Shown in pieces: positions 12,416 to 24,615 of a stretch of 64,000 nt of DNA. The first letter of the stretch is position 1, and every line of letters begins with the position of its first letter. Under the pieces are notes generated by a model. That model saw only the letters and a program-made list of their open reading frames with translations. It had not been told where the DNA came from and made no database searches. The DNA comes from Haliotis cracherodii (Eukaryota). The translations under genes were made by a program, and so were the position numbers. The DNA is taken from NCBI RefSeq assembly GCF_022045235.1, contig NW_027266264.1, forward strand, positions 13,206,001-13,270,000, in the 5' to 3' direction.

Positions 12416-12764
12416 GGCGTTGGAGGGGGAAACTCCTTTATATGGACCTGGAAGAGAAAAAATCATATACTTGAGATATATGTTACTGAAATGGATATGC
12501 ATAGGTAACACCATCATGTAAGCATCTCCATGGCCACAGATCGTTCTCCCCTTCTTGCTGATCTGTTTTTTATGCATATATAGGAATATCTGCTCGGATT
12601 GCCTAAATCACAACAATGTAATTTGGCTAAGACGTTTAAGGCAAGTTCCAGGTGTATCAATGATCTTATATCGTGTAATAATGGTCAAATAGCAACTTCC
12701 CTCCCACCGATTTACCCAATGTCTTTTTCATATTTATGTATGTGTATAAAGATTCAGAGTGACA

Positions 12765-12930
12765 AACAAATCTCCGCTAAACTGTATGACAAGAAGGGTG
12801 TCTTCAACGTTCCATTAGTCAACTTTCCGTTTATGTCGAGCAATATTCCAGCCGCTCCAGCCTTTGGTGTCGATATTTCGCAAATTTTGAGGTACACTCT
12901 AGTTTGCTCTACATATACGTGTTTTATTTT
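12765..12930 (+). mobile_element. Penelope-like element RT C-terminal fragment
   Basis: KLYDKKGVFNVPLVNFPFMSSNIPAAPAFGVDISQILRYTLVCSTYTCF, the same motif as 5775-5910. Confidence 0.65.
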
Positions 12931-13525
12931 ACAAACGGAGATGTACTACTTATGTTTTTAATTTTTGTTTATAAGAAATACATTTTGTTCTTTGTTTACT
13001 GTTTCCTCCACACAAGTAACCTGTATTGGGAGAATGTAGCGGGAAGAATTAAAAACAACATTTGACTAAAGTTTCCAGACATTATCGTAGTGTTATGTGC
13101 TATTTCCCCCTTTCATGGGAAAACGATAAGCTTTATCACATCATTGTAAGGCCGCAAATACTTGTATACGAATAACTCTGTTGTGAGGAGAAATGTTTAA
13201 TATATTGATACAGATTTTGCTCACATTTTCAAGCACTGTATTGATAGAATATTTACATTGATACCGTTCATTTATGTTTCATTTTAAAGTTTTCTATTTC
13301 CTCAATATGTATAAACGGATTGATAACACTGACAGCCCCGTAGCGATTCCCAGTTCCCACCCATGTCGTAATAGGCGAATCGCTGAGTTTCGCATTAAAC
13401 AAACAAACAAGCCTAAGCTGGCAACTCTCTCGTTCATATTATCTACTTCTACCTTGACTGTAACCTTGATCGAACAAGCTTTGAGCAAGAGTCGTATTAT
13501 GCACTTTGAAATCTACGTAGAAAGA

Positions 13526-13804
13526 GGGGGCACGGGTGGCCCAGTCGTCTAAGGCGTCGCGATTCGCTGTGCAGAGTTGCGTCCCTTGTGCACGCCAGAA
13601 ACCTATGATTATGGGTTCGAATCCCGGTTCGCCCCGATCATGTTTCTAGGTTTGTCAGCACCATACCCGTGCTCGTGGGTTTCGCCGAAGTTGTAAACGT
13701 CTGAGACCTGCATCACTTCGGGCTTTCCTCCCACATTCAGCTGACACGCCGCGATATAACTGGAATACTGTTAAAAGCGGCGTTAAACCCAACTCACTCA
13801 CTCA
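13526..13804 (+). mobile_element. SINE family B, full length
   Basis: Collinear with 1652-1926; B box GGTTCGAATCC. Confidence 0.88.
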
Positions 13805-14119
13805 TAAGAACGCTTTTGTTTAACGCTTAAATAACGCTGACGCAATGAAAATGAACGTCTGCGCGCCTTGGGTATGCTGCAAACAGGGTTGGCGCAAAAC
13901 GAGCTTGACAGACGTCGTCGGGCCGGTCGTCCACGAGTGATGTCATGTCAATAAGACAACCATATTAGGTTGGTGCATCCACGGAATCGATGTCAAGCTC
14001 CCACATAACAGCTCGGACAATCCCTGGCAGGACCTTACGCAACCGATTGAGGGAGCGCAGCATTGTAACTTCCACATCACCGTCAGTAACGCCTATTTTG
14101 GTGCAGACAGCATCTGAGG

Positions 14120-14366
14120 TTTGGTTTGCTTGTTGTTTAACGCCTCACCCAGCAATATTCCAGCTATATGAAGGCGGTCTGTTAATAATCGAGTCTAGAC
14201 CCGAAATCCAGTGATTGACATCATGAGCATCGATCCACACAATAGGGATACGATGACATGCATCGGTTTTCAGCGAACCTGACCACCCGATCATGTTAGT
14301 CGCCTCTTACGGCAAACATACATGTAGGTTGCTGAAGACCTATTCTACTCCGGACCTTCACGAGGT
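14120..14366 (-). mobile_element. SINE family C inserted in the Tc1 relic
   Basis: Collinear with 7474-7702. Confidence 0.85.
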
Positions 14367-14729
14367 TTTGAAGACAAGACTGGGACACTATAATGTTCAC
14401 AGAGAAGTCCAGGTTTCATCTGAACAGCTCTGTTGGTCGGGCAAGGGTCAACAGGCGTCCAGTTTAGGGGTGAAACTGTAATGGTATGAGATGGCATCAC
14501 AACTCATGGCAGACCATAAGTCATCATTGTTAATGCCAATTTAAATAGCGTACACTACCGGGATGACATCGTTCGAAATCATGTTGTACGTGCAGGGACG
14601 TAACGACACGTTGCAGCAGGATAGCACGTTTTGTAATATACGTTTTGAAGCAGTTTAACATTACTGTACAGCCATGGCCGGCTGTTTCACACGACATCTA
14701 CCCCATAGAACATGCCTGGGATAGATGAG

Positions 14730-14902
14730 TGAGTGAATGAGTGAGTGAGTTTTGGTTTTACGCCGCTTTTAGAAATATTCCAGCAATATCACGGCGGGGG
14801 ACATCAGAAAAGGGCTTCACACATTGTACCCATGTTTTGAATCGAACCCGGGTCTTCGGCGTGACGAGCGAACGCTTTAACCACTTGGCTACCCGACCGC
14901 CC
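14730..14902 (-). mobile_element. SINE family A inserted in the Tc1 relic
   Basis: 15-bp TSD CCTGGGATA(G/A)ATGAG at 14715-14729 and 14903-14917. Confidence 0.9.
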
Positions 14903-15354
14903 CCTGGGATAAATGAGATTGAACGACACCAACAACGTCAGGACCAGAACCAGCCGGCAACGCCAACTCAGTAGGGTCAATGTTTGGTTGAGAATTGGAA
15001 CAACATCTTCCAGGCTGTTTTCAATCAACTGGAGTCTTCGTCTGTATCAACGCAAATGGTGGTCACATCCGATATAGACATTGTTGATTGAGTTATTACA
15101 CCACCCTTATAGGTCGGGTTTCTGTTTCATGTTACCAGAAATGGTTTTGTCAATGAATTTGTTACGAGGTGAGGTGAAATGGGGTTTAACATCGCGTCCC
15201 AGATTATTGAACTTGTATAGCGACGTGTACGAACCCCGGACCTTACCCACTCCTGGTGGACGCTCTACCACAGGACGACGGTAGACATTGATCAAACGGA
15301 TGACATATTTTGTCGTTATTTTCAACAACATATCATTTACACAGCTTTGTAAGA

Positions 15355-15670
15355 TTTGTTTGTTTCGTTGTTGTTTAACACCGCACTCAGCAATATCCCA
15401 GCATATGACGACGGTCTGTAAATAATCGAGTCTGAACCGGACAATCCACTGATTGATATCCTGAGCATCATCATTGGGATAAAATGACATGAGTAGTATA
15501 TAGTGACACTATACTACTGACATGCATTAACTAAGTCAGCGAGCGTCACCGCCCGATCCCGTTAGTCTCCTTTTACGGCGAGCATAGTCTCCTTTTACGG
15601 CAAGCATAGTCGCCTTTTACGGCAAGCATGTGTTGATGAAGACCGATTCTACCCCGAATCTTCACGGGTC
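15355..15670 (-). mobile_element. SINE family C with triplicated internal hairpin module
   Basis: CCTTTTACGGC(A/G)AGCATAGTC occurs three times at ~15565-15630. Confidence 0.85.
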
Positions 15671-16229
15671 CTACTTTATATGAAGCATGATTACTTTTTC
15701 CCCTTTAGTGTGTATTATAAAAAACAACAACATTAGTCATTGTACTCACAAAGCGTCTGTTGTTTCTCCCGGTTTCTTCCCGGCGTCACAACTGGCCTGC
15801 CTTCCTTGTTTGTGATGATTACAAGGAAATGCAACTAGGAGTTTCACTATGGGTTATTGTTAGTCGCTGTTTCGATTCTGATGGTTCAGAAAGGACGAAT
15901 GAAAAGGTTTTAAATGGATAATTGTTGATAAAAACATTAATAACCAAGTTCGCGGTCTTAGCAATACGGCCCACGGGTGATGGTTCGAATTTAAGTCCGC
16001 CCTGATTTCCTTTTCTGTTTCAGCACCATACCCGTGTTCGTGGGTTCGTCTGTACGTGACCGTACGTGCACTACTCCGTGACAAGTCGTAATGTCATAAT
16101 GAAACTAAAAAAAGTGTCCAAAGCTGCGTTAGACACAGCTCAGTCACTCTTAATAATGCATTTTTAACGCAGTTATATACATTCGGCTTTTGACCCATTC
16201 TGTTGATATTGCGCTTCCTGGCGTATAAA

Positions 16230-16505
16230 ATCGCCTCCGTGGTCTCGTGGACAGAGTGCCTGTACGGACAGCGGAAGGTCAGTGGTTTGACCATCGACCA
16301 CCGCGTCATACAAAAAGATGTTAGAAACCGGTACTTGTTGTTACCGTGTCTATCACTCAAAATTGAACAAGTCGATAAAGTATGAGTGGGATATCTATGC
16401 AGCATGTTTTGTACTATTAATCCGGCAGTAGACCGGGCTAGTACAAGCATGCGCGCGCGCACACACACGCGGAACGAGAGACCCATTCACCTCACCTCAC
16501 CTCCA
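16230..16505 (+). mobile_element. SINE family D (tRNA head, (CTCAC)n tail), degenerate
   Basis: TCGCCTCCGTGGTCTCGTGG...CCGCGTCATACAAAAAGATGTTA..., matching the reverse complement of 35885-36266. Confidence 0.65.
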
Positions 16506-16644
16506 TGCCTGTATACTTAATTGTTGTCACAGACCCCCAGTATTCCAGTTATATCACGGCCTATCAGCTCAATGTGGGAAGAAAGCCCAACGTGATGCAG
16601 ATCTAAAAAAATGGTTGAAATTTCTGTAAATAGTTGTACTCATC

Positions 16645-16900
16645 AGTGAGTCAGATGGGTTTAACGCCGCTTTTAACAGTATTCCAGTTATATCACGGCG
16701 TGTCAGCTCAATGAGGGAGGAAAGCCCGACGTGATGCAGGTCTCAGATGTGTTCCACTTTGAGCACGGGTATGGTGCTGACAAACCTAGAAACAAAATCG
16801 GGGCGAACCGGGATTCGAACCCACAATCATACTAGGTTTCTGGCGTGCCCAAGGGACACAGCGAATCGCGGCGCCTTAAACGACTGGGCCCCCCATGCCC
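16645..16900 (-). mobile_element. SINE family B copy (internally deleted), ending in a poly-C run
   Basis: Reverse complement of 13526-13804. Confidence 0.85.
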
Positions 16901-17454
16901 CCCCCCCCCCCCCCCCCCCCCCCCCATAGTTGTACTCGAATAAACGGAATTGACTATTTTTCATTGAAATGTTCTCGTATACGCCACTTTGTCTTGGCCC
17001 AGGGTATTCTTCCTAATAAATTGAAGATATTGTCTTATAAATGTGTACAGATGCTTCGTCGCACATGCAAACATAAACCTAGAACTATTCTCCTGAATTT
17101 GAGATGAGCCAAACTCACCTATGACATGTTTGTTTTATTTAAAAAATATCCCGATGATTTTCAAAATTGTGTTCTTGTTCTAACATACAAACTATAAGTT
17201 AAAGCTTGTTGAAACACTCAACATGTCACAAATAAAAAAAAAATATGATAACTGTTTATAGAATAGATACATAATAAATACATATTATCAATCAATACAA
17301 CTGTATATTTTTTATTCAAGTTTAACGATAGTTACATTGTGTCAGAAGTGAGTAGGTTATATTTAGCGTCAATCAGGACGAAGCGTACTTTATACGTTAG
17401 AAATGGCATGCATACATGCGATAAGGTTCGTTTAATTATTTTCTCGTAGAACTT

Positions 17455-17993
17455 CAGTATGTGTATTATTTAAATGTATCTATATATCTGTGGTCATTTT
17501 GATATCGAAGTGCATTTATAGCCAAGGTTCACGCAGGTCTTAGGCTTTTAGCCTTTTTGTGACACCCACAAGCAAGCGTATGGTGCCAACAGTATGTGTA
17601 TTACTTAAATGTATCCATATATCTGTGGTCAGCTTGATATCGAAGTGCTTTTATAGCAAGGTTCACACAGGTCTTAGACTTTAAGCCTTTTTGTGACACC
17701 CGAAAGCATGAGTAAGGTGCCAACAGTATGTGTATTATTTAAATGTATCTATATATCTGTGGTCAGCTTGATATCGAAGTGCATTTATAGCCAAGGTTCA
17801 CGCAGGTCTTAGACTTTTAGCCTTTTTGTGACACCCACAAGCATGAGTAAGGTGCCAACAGTATGTGTATTATTTAAATGTATCTATATATCTGTGGTCA
17901 GCTTGATATCGAAGTGATTTTATAGCAAGGTTCACGCAGGTCTTAGACTTTAAGCCTTTTTGTGAAACCCGAAAGCATGAGTAAGGTGCCAAC
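17455..17993. repeat. Tandem repeat, 4 x 134/135 bp
   Basis: Unit starts CAGTATGTGTATTA at 17455, 17590, 17724 and 17859. Confidence 0.95.
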
Positions 17994-18185
17994 AAACCAA
18001 GAATCATAATCGGTGACTCCCTGATTCAAGCAAGTCTGCACAGTGAATTGTGTCGCTCTCGCCGGTTGGACAGCACCAAGCATTTACGTCAGGTAGTCTT
18101 ACTAACATCTAATAAATACGAGTATTCAGACATAATTCCAGCTTTTGTGTGTGGTTAATAAGAGGGGATAACAGCGTTCAGTGTT

Positions 18186-18557
18186 CGATGTTCGTCAAAA
18201 CGTGCCCCTCGTGTTCTTGTACATGTGTTCGATGACCTTTTAGTGTTCGTCCAAACGTGCCCCTCGTGTTCTTGTACATGTGTTCGATGACTTTTAGTGT
18301 TCGTCAAAACGTGCCCCTCGTGTTCATGTACATGTGTTCGATGACTTTTAGTGTTCGTCAAAACATGCCCCTCGTGTTCCTGTGCATGTGTTCGATGACC
18401 TTTTAGTGTTCGTCAAAACGTGCCCCTCGTGTTCCTGTGCATGTGTTCGATGACCTTTTAGTGTTCGTCAATACGTGCCCCTCGTGTTCCTGTGCATGTG
18501 TTCGATGACCTTTTAGTGTTCGTCAATACGTGGCCCTCGTGTTCCTGTGCATGTGTC
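18186..18557. repeat. Minisatellite, ~6.5 x 54/55 bp
   Basis: TTCGTCAAAACGTGCCCCTCGTGTTCCTGTGCATGTGTTCGATGACCTTTTAGTG repeated. Confidence 0.95.
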
Positions 18558-20032
18558 AGATTATACATGTCACTTGGTACCTGTACGTCGTTGGGTAAAC
18601 GCCCCTGTTGTGTCTGTGTCGTTGTCTGTACAGTGGAGGCGCCAGTCAGCACACACATTGCGGTGGCAGCGAAATGGACCGTGACATACCTACTTTAATT
18701 AAGTAAGTTCAGAATTGGTTTGTCAGTTGGTAGATGGTGAATACATATCGTAAATCTGGAAAGTTTGGCGCCCTGAAATTATAGCGTGTGCGTAACAATA
18801 GTTTTAACTGCGTCTGGAATGTTTTGCGACACCATGTCGATGGGGTTACCACAGATGAAACTGCATTTTTTCATATGTTATTTTTTATGTGTAGAAAGCA
18901 GCGTGTTGAAAAGGTAGCTCAGTATCTATCATTGATTTGTTTTAGTTATATGAATGTGTTGTAGTTGACAAGGAAGGGAGTAGTGTGTTCATATAACAGT
19001 AGGTTAAAAGGCTGGCGTATGTCTGCACTACTCAGTGTTCTGAAGGAAACTGACGAGATGTGGCAGGTTGTTGGACTTTCCTGATTAGACTATTGACACT
19101 GAGTGATATCAGGGATATTTATTTAGTAATGTTCCGGGTTGTTTGACAATGTGTGGAATATACGAAATATGCTTCCTCGCATTGTTTGTTTCTTGTTGGT
19201 CTGCACAAATAACAGCGTCATGATCGTGAAACTATTGCGAGTGTGTATCGCTCACAGTTTTCGCAGTACTTTCCAGGTTTGCAATATACTACTGGTGTAT
19301 AGGTGTATCAATATCTGTCAGTTGTTAATTGTTGTAATCCATCACTCCTACTAGAGGGGCTTGATTGTGAACAGATATATCAAATTCAGTCAGAGATTAG
19401 CCATGCAAATACAAGGCTAATCTATTAGACATGCATGATGAATGTGAAGGGCCATGAGTACAAGGTGCAGAGGAGAATGCGAATATGTCGGTTGTTGGTG
19501 GTCGACGTCGTCATTTTGGCCTAAGACGACACCATTGGCATTTCAGGGGCTCATGCATGGTGTATTGAATGGACGTGCTGGTTCGTCTTCACCATTTGAG
19601 AGAGGTTTTTAAAAGCGAGCGTCGACTACCTTTGTTTCAAGATATTACGTTCTGGAGTACAGACAGGTGACACAAGTTGGAGAGCTTTCAGTATCCAACT
19701 CATCGTACATGGGAACAGTAACGATCTTTTCTCGGACTTTGCACGTGTTTGCAAACGTTCACACCTTGTTTGTTGGACATGGCAATTTCGTTGAGTCATC
19801 TGCATCTTTATTAACTCATCCAAATGTTGATGACAAAGCACCACCATTCGTTTATACAAATCGCCTGTTTGAGTGGGACGGATCTAGCTGATGTTGGATG
19901 TCCAGCAAGTTTTGCTTCACATTGAGAAGGTGTACTCGACTGTCAACAGAGAAGCTTTACAATTTTCTATGGTCAGTGTGAAAATTCCGTGCGTTCTTGT
20001 GTGGGAAATGCTTTGTGAAAAGATCCGATTAT

Positions 20033-20478
20033 TTATCCCGCGATATGCCAAGGAGAGGCACGGGCCACCGAGCCGTGGATGCCCGTGCCTATAATAAAAA
20101 CACAAGATGAGATTGGGTTAAATGGCCGAGGGTGTGCAGGTACTAGTGGGCTACTAAGCTGCTAGTTGTGTATACCAAAATGCTACCGTTGCCATGGCCA
20201 CTAGCATGGCATACGGCGATTCGCAGCTAGCGCTGCTGGCCTGAGACTGCTACCACTGTCCGACCCCCACGGTAGCATATTTAAACGCTACCATTGCTTG
20301 GCAACTACCATGCTGCCAAAAGCAGCTATCGCTGCTGGCCTAAGTCAGACTATCGCTGCCCGGCCACAGGTAGCCGGCCAAAGCAAATCCCACTGCCTGG
20401 CCCCATTAGCAAAACCATTGTGCGACTACCGCCGCGGACCCAACTGTCAGCTACCGCTTGACAAGACGACTTCCGCCG
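20033..20478 (-). mobile_element. Isolated 3'-terminal fragment of the YR retrotransposon family
   Basis: Reverse complement of 32470-32914 with scattered substitutions. It ends at the same terminus ...TATCGCGGGATAA. Confidence 0.92.
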
Positions 20479-21603
20479 ACTTAGACCACGACAGGATCCG
20501 ATGTTTAATCATTAAAATGGTCACTCAAACTGCGTTGCGGGAAATCTGAGTGGTATAATTCTTTAGCCCATGGCTAACATTCATTCAAAGAACCCTAGCA
20601 CCTAAAATGCTTAAAGCGCATTTCCAAACCATTTAAATGTGCATGTAGGAGTGTAGATGTTGCTACATGTGACTTTGTCAAGGGGAAGATAACATTTCTT
20701 GTGATGTAATATTTCACATGAAGTGGAGGTACCTGTGTTTATTATACAAGGATGCATTCAGTTGAGAGAGCTTACCATAGGGTCATAGAGGATATCCATA
20801 CATTGGCCCACTTTGGACTTAATAGAACATTGGCGATGAGAAGGCGATCCAACAATGTTTGAAAGATGTAAGGTCACATACCGCACATCATTTACACCAA
20901 GGAAACAGTGCATGTTGTCCACAACTTTTCGAAGTATATACTTACTCCTTCATCAAACGAATACATGCTATGAGGCAGAGAGCAAATATGTATATGTAAG
21001 AACAACAAAAGTAAGGAGATAAGAAAGGTGGAAACTTAAAAAGGGAAGCCAACAGTTGATTGGCACTGACATTTAAGTTGAATTGAACTAAAAATGAGCC
21101 CCCAAAGAACCTGTCGAAAATCTAGATTGTTCATGTAGTCCTATTGCCTTAAAGTGAAGGCTGGGCGGAAGGTAAAAAATATGATCCAGGGACGGTGAGC
21201 TAAACTACTGCAAATCGTACATTTTGTTAGTTTTGATTACCTATATATGGTTGCACACGGACAATGGCCCAGTTTTCATATACGAGTTTACATGTATCAA
21301 TCTGTTCAGGGACTTCCTTCTAGTTGGCAACATGTTTGACCATTATATGTTAAAATCTCCATTTAGCACGAGGAAGAAAAAAATCCTGTTGAATAACATC
21401 CTTGATGTGTTGTATGTACTGGGACCAGTCTCGGAGCTATCTACACCTGATCTGCATGCACATAGCTATATATAGGCAACCTACTTCCTTGGTTGGTAAG
21501 TATTTAAAATGAATGTGATTTGATTTTAGAAATGTGTACGTTCGGATACTAAATCAATAGAACATGTTTATAGTCATAATAAAATGTTTCAATTACGGAT
21601 GAA

Positions 21604-21785
21604 GAGGTGAGATGAGCTGAAATGGGGTTTATCGTCGCGCTCAGGATTATTGACATTATATAGCAACGTGCATGCATGTGTGTATACCATCTTTTAAACG
21701 TCTTTTCGGTATGACGCGGTCGGGGATCGAACCCTGGACCTTCCGCTCATGGAAGACATTCTAGCACTGACCGTGGAGGCGGTCC
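21604..21785 (-). mobile_element. SINE family D, internally deleted
   Basis: GAAATGGGGTTTA..GTCGCG and TATGACGCGGTCGGGGATCGAACC...GGAGGCGGT, as in 35940-36266. Confidence 0.75.
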
Positions 21786-21981
21786 GTATATAAAGGCGTT
21801 TAATTAAAGTATATCCGTTACAGGCTGAGAATGAGAGATTGATGTTCCAAGTAAGCCAAATGGCATCATATATCGATTCCTTAATATTCATAAACTATTT
21901 CTTGTTGATGTTTATAATAACTATTATGGTTTATAAGAAATTCAACCTCATACAACCTCGTTGATATTATGCTGTGAACCG

Positions 21982-22112
21982 ATACCAGATTTGGTATATC
22001 TGGTCGTCCTAATGGTTCTGGGTATTTTCGGAAATATTCTTGTGCTGAACGTGTATCTCAGGAAATTCTACGATTCAACAGCATATTCTACGTGGTGTCC
22101 TCGGCATTCACA
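21982..22112 (+). pseudogene. GPCR pseudogene fragment of the tandem family (TM1 fused to part of TM3)
   Basis: IPDLVYLVVLMVLGIFGNILVLNVYLRKF is joined directly to TACGATTCAACAGCATATTCTACGTGGTGTCCTCGGCATTCAC (TM3 of copies A-E); about 135 bp are deleted. Confidence 0.85.
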
Positions 22113-24184
22113 TATGTTTCGGCGCATAATCAATTGTTCACTGTCTTTGACGTTTTATCTTTACGTGAACTGCGTGGATATTTCGGGCGATGGAGCTTCA
22201 TCATAAGCTCAGAAGTATTTTCCAATTATGCTAAGTAAACTGCGTAAAAATTCAAACTCCTCAACTCCCCACCACCACCCCCTACTGTGTTGCAAAACGA
22301 ACATATTTCTTAAACGTAAAACCTGTGCTTATAAACAGCAGAATCACTGCACTTGTACGCATCAGACGTAATTTACAAATAACATAATTAGATTTAGTTT
22401 CAACAAAACAAATGTCACTGGATTTTCGGGTCTAGTCTAGTTTGACTACAGGCTGCCGTCGCATTAGCAGGGATACTGCTGTGAGGTGTCAAGCAACAAC
22501 AACTTACCCTTTATGCACATTGTGTGTTCCTGCAGGTATCCGAGGTCTGGGTTAATGATACATGTCTTTTCTGATTTTCAATTATCCATTCATATCCATC
22601 CATGTTCATCACTATTTTGCGTTTTACGTCCAACTAAACTACTTCGGCAGATATTCGAAACTGATTATTTTCATGTACGTGAACATCTTTTTAGCATGCA
22701 CTATTTTGCTTCAATGCTGTATGTTTATCTTTGTGTTATACACGCGTGCGATTACCACCCTAAAGCTACGGGACATTATCAAACATACAAATCAATCAAA
22801 GTAACAAAAGCTAAATTTTACATATAGGTGTTTTAATCGTATATGTAGGGACATAGCATGACCTGTCATTGATTCATTTGAGCGTTTAACTTGCCTCGTG
22901 CGCAGGCATGCGGTGAAACAAGAATATTAATAGCATCTAAAATATTTCAGAATAATCTGATAATAATACTCAGGGCTACCACGACATAAATGAGTGGGGT
23001 TATTTATTGATATTTAATACTTCCTCCAGGAAAAATGAATAAATGTAATCTGACCAACTATTATATCAACATGTGTATGTGCGTAACAAAGCGCTCGTAA
23101 TATATGGAAAGTTTTTTTCCGGCATGATTCGGACGTTGGTAAAACCACACGATTGCAAATTATCTAATAAAGGAATATATCTTAACTTTGGATTGTAATA
23201 AAGCGTATAACAGTAATCTACCAAGACGCACCAGTAACAGTGTGAGTCGTGTTGATGTGAGCCCTTTAACACCAACTCACATGTTTGTTTGTTTGTTTGT
23301 TTTACGCCGCACTCAGCAATATTCCAGCTATATGACGGCGGTCTGTAAATAATCGAGTCTGGACCAGACAATCCAGTGTCCTGCAAAGTAAAGCCAGACC
23401 CTGAGCTCCAATACGCTCCCTCGTATTAACATTTTTGAGCTCCAGGTATCTGCATAGTAAAATATACTCAAACATTCATGAGAAACAAAATTATTCTTTC
23501 TTATTTTATTCATTTAATTTTTGGAACTATTATATAAAGTAAAGTTTTAAACCGTAGCGGTTTGAAAAAGTCTTGTCAAAGACAACGTTTTCGATTGATT
23601 TACCTTGTGGGATAAAGTTATTTATCATATAATGGGTAGGTTTCTCGGCAGGATAAAGCCAACGGATAAAAACGATATCCATTGGGGTCATATGCGGATA
23701 GAGATAAAAATATCAAAGGTCAAGTAGGGACTACTTTCACTGTTTATAAACGAACGTGGCGTCATTCGGTGATCGAGTCAGAATTAACCATCGGGAATCT
23801 GGATAAACTACAGGGATAATTGCTATCATTATCAAAAGAACAGTCTAATATACTGAAAATCAGTGTCTAACCGTGACGTAGCTAAGGCATTTTATAAGTT
23901 TGGGCAACTTTGGAGATATAAATTTCGAAACAATTTTGCGAGGGCACGAGGCCTAGCCAAGCGGGATCAGAAGCCATATTTTGTGCTTGTAGACCTCTGC
24001 GGCTTGAAACCTTCTCCACAAATTAAAATAGTTGGATTCACATATGCTCTAATTTATGTATTCCTTATTGTACATTTTCCTTCCTTAGAAAGGGTGAACA
24101 GAGGAAGAAATAATTAAGAGTTTTATTATATTGCGTGTCATATTGTTTCCCCGAGGACATTACTTGTGCTTCACATGTTTTTGG

Positions 24185-24440
24185 TAGTTTGTTGTTTAAC
24201 ACCGCACTCGGTAATATTCCAGCTATATGACGGCAGTCTGAAAACAATCGAGTCTGGACGACGTAGTCCAGTGATGAACATCATGAGCATCGATCTACGT
24301 AGTTGGGATACGATGATATGCACAGCCAAGTCAGCGAGCCGGAACCAGAACCCGTTAGTCGCCTATTACGACAAACATAGTCTCCTTTTAAGGCAAGCAT
24401 ATGTTGCTGAAGACCTTTTCTAACCGTGATCTTCACAGGG
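24185..24440 (-). mobile_element. SINE family C in the intron upstream of GPCR copy A (orthologous copies before B, C, D, E)
   Basis: Same element at ~36762-36988, 42044-42270, 57458-57690 and 62848-63074. Confidence 0.85.
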
Positions 24441-24615
24441 GTTCACATATGCGTTAATATATGCTGATCTCAGTTGGTCATACTTCAGAACTCGTTACAA
24501 GTACCAATAAAGGTCAGGTTCCAGAGAATCACATTTGAGGCATATGCAAAAAACGAAATGTGTCACTACAAACAATCATATTTGCGTTTTATTTCAGGTG
24601 ATCACCAATTCCAAC

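Larger units (their letters stand above)
13840..15078 (+). pseudogene. Decayed Tc1/mariner transposase interrupted by two SINEs
   Basis: Fragments GRPRV (13924), VMV*DGI (14478), PWPAVSHDIYPIEHAWD (14670-14722, the WP..SPDLNPIE motif) and NGGHIRY (15055-15075). Confidence 0.75.

Noticed and set aside
12416-12577. N-terminal extension of the minus-strand GPCR in the ORF track
   Set aside because: It crosses a strong splice acceptor at 12447/12448; ATG 12415 has good Kozak context.
18700-19450. Possible minus-strand CR1-like LINE relic
   Set aside because: Only faint motif resemblance (LIHLYTS.IL, CGNP); too decayed to call without a search.
24535-24615. Longer N-terminus of GPCR copy A (461 aa)
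   Set aside because: It reads through the acceptor at 24597 and is not open in copies B-E.
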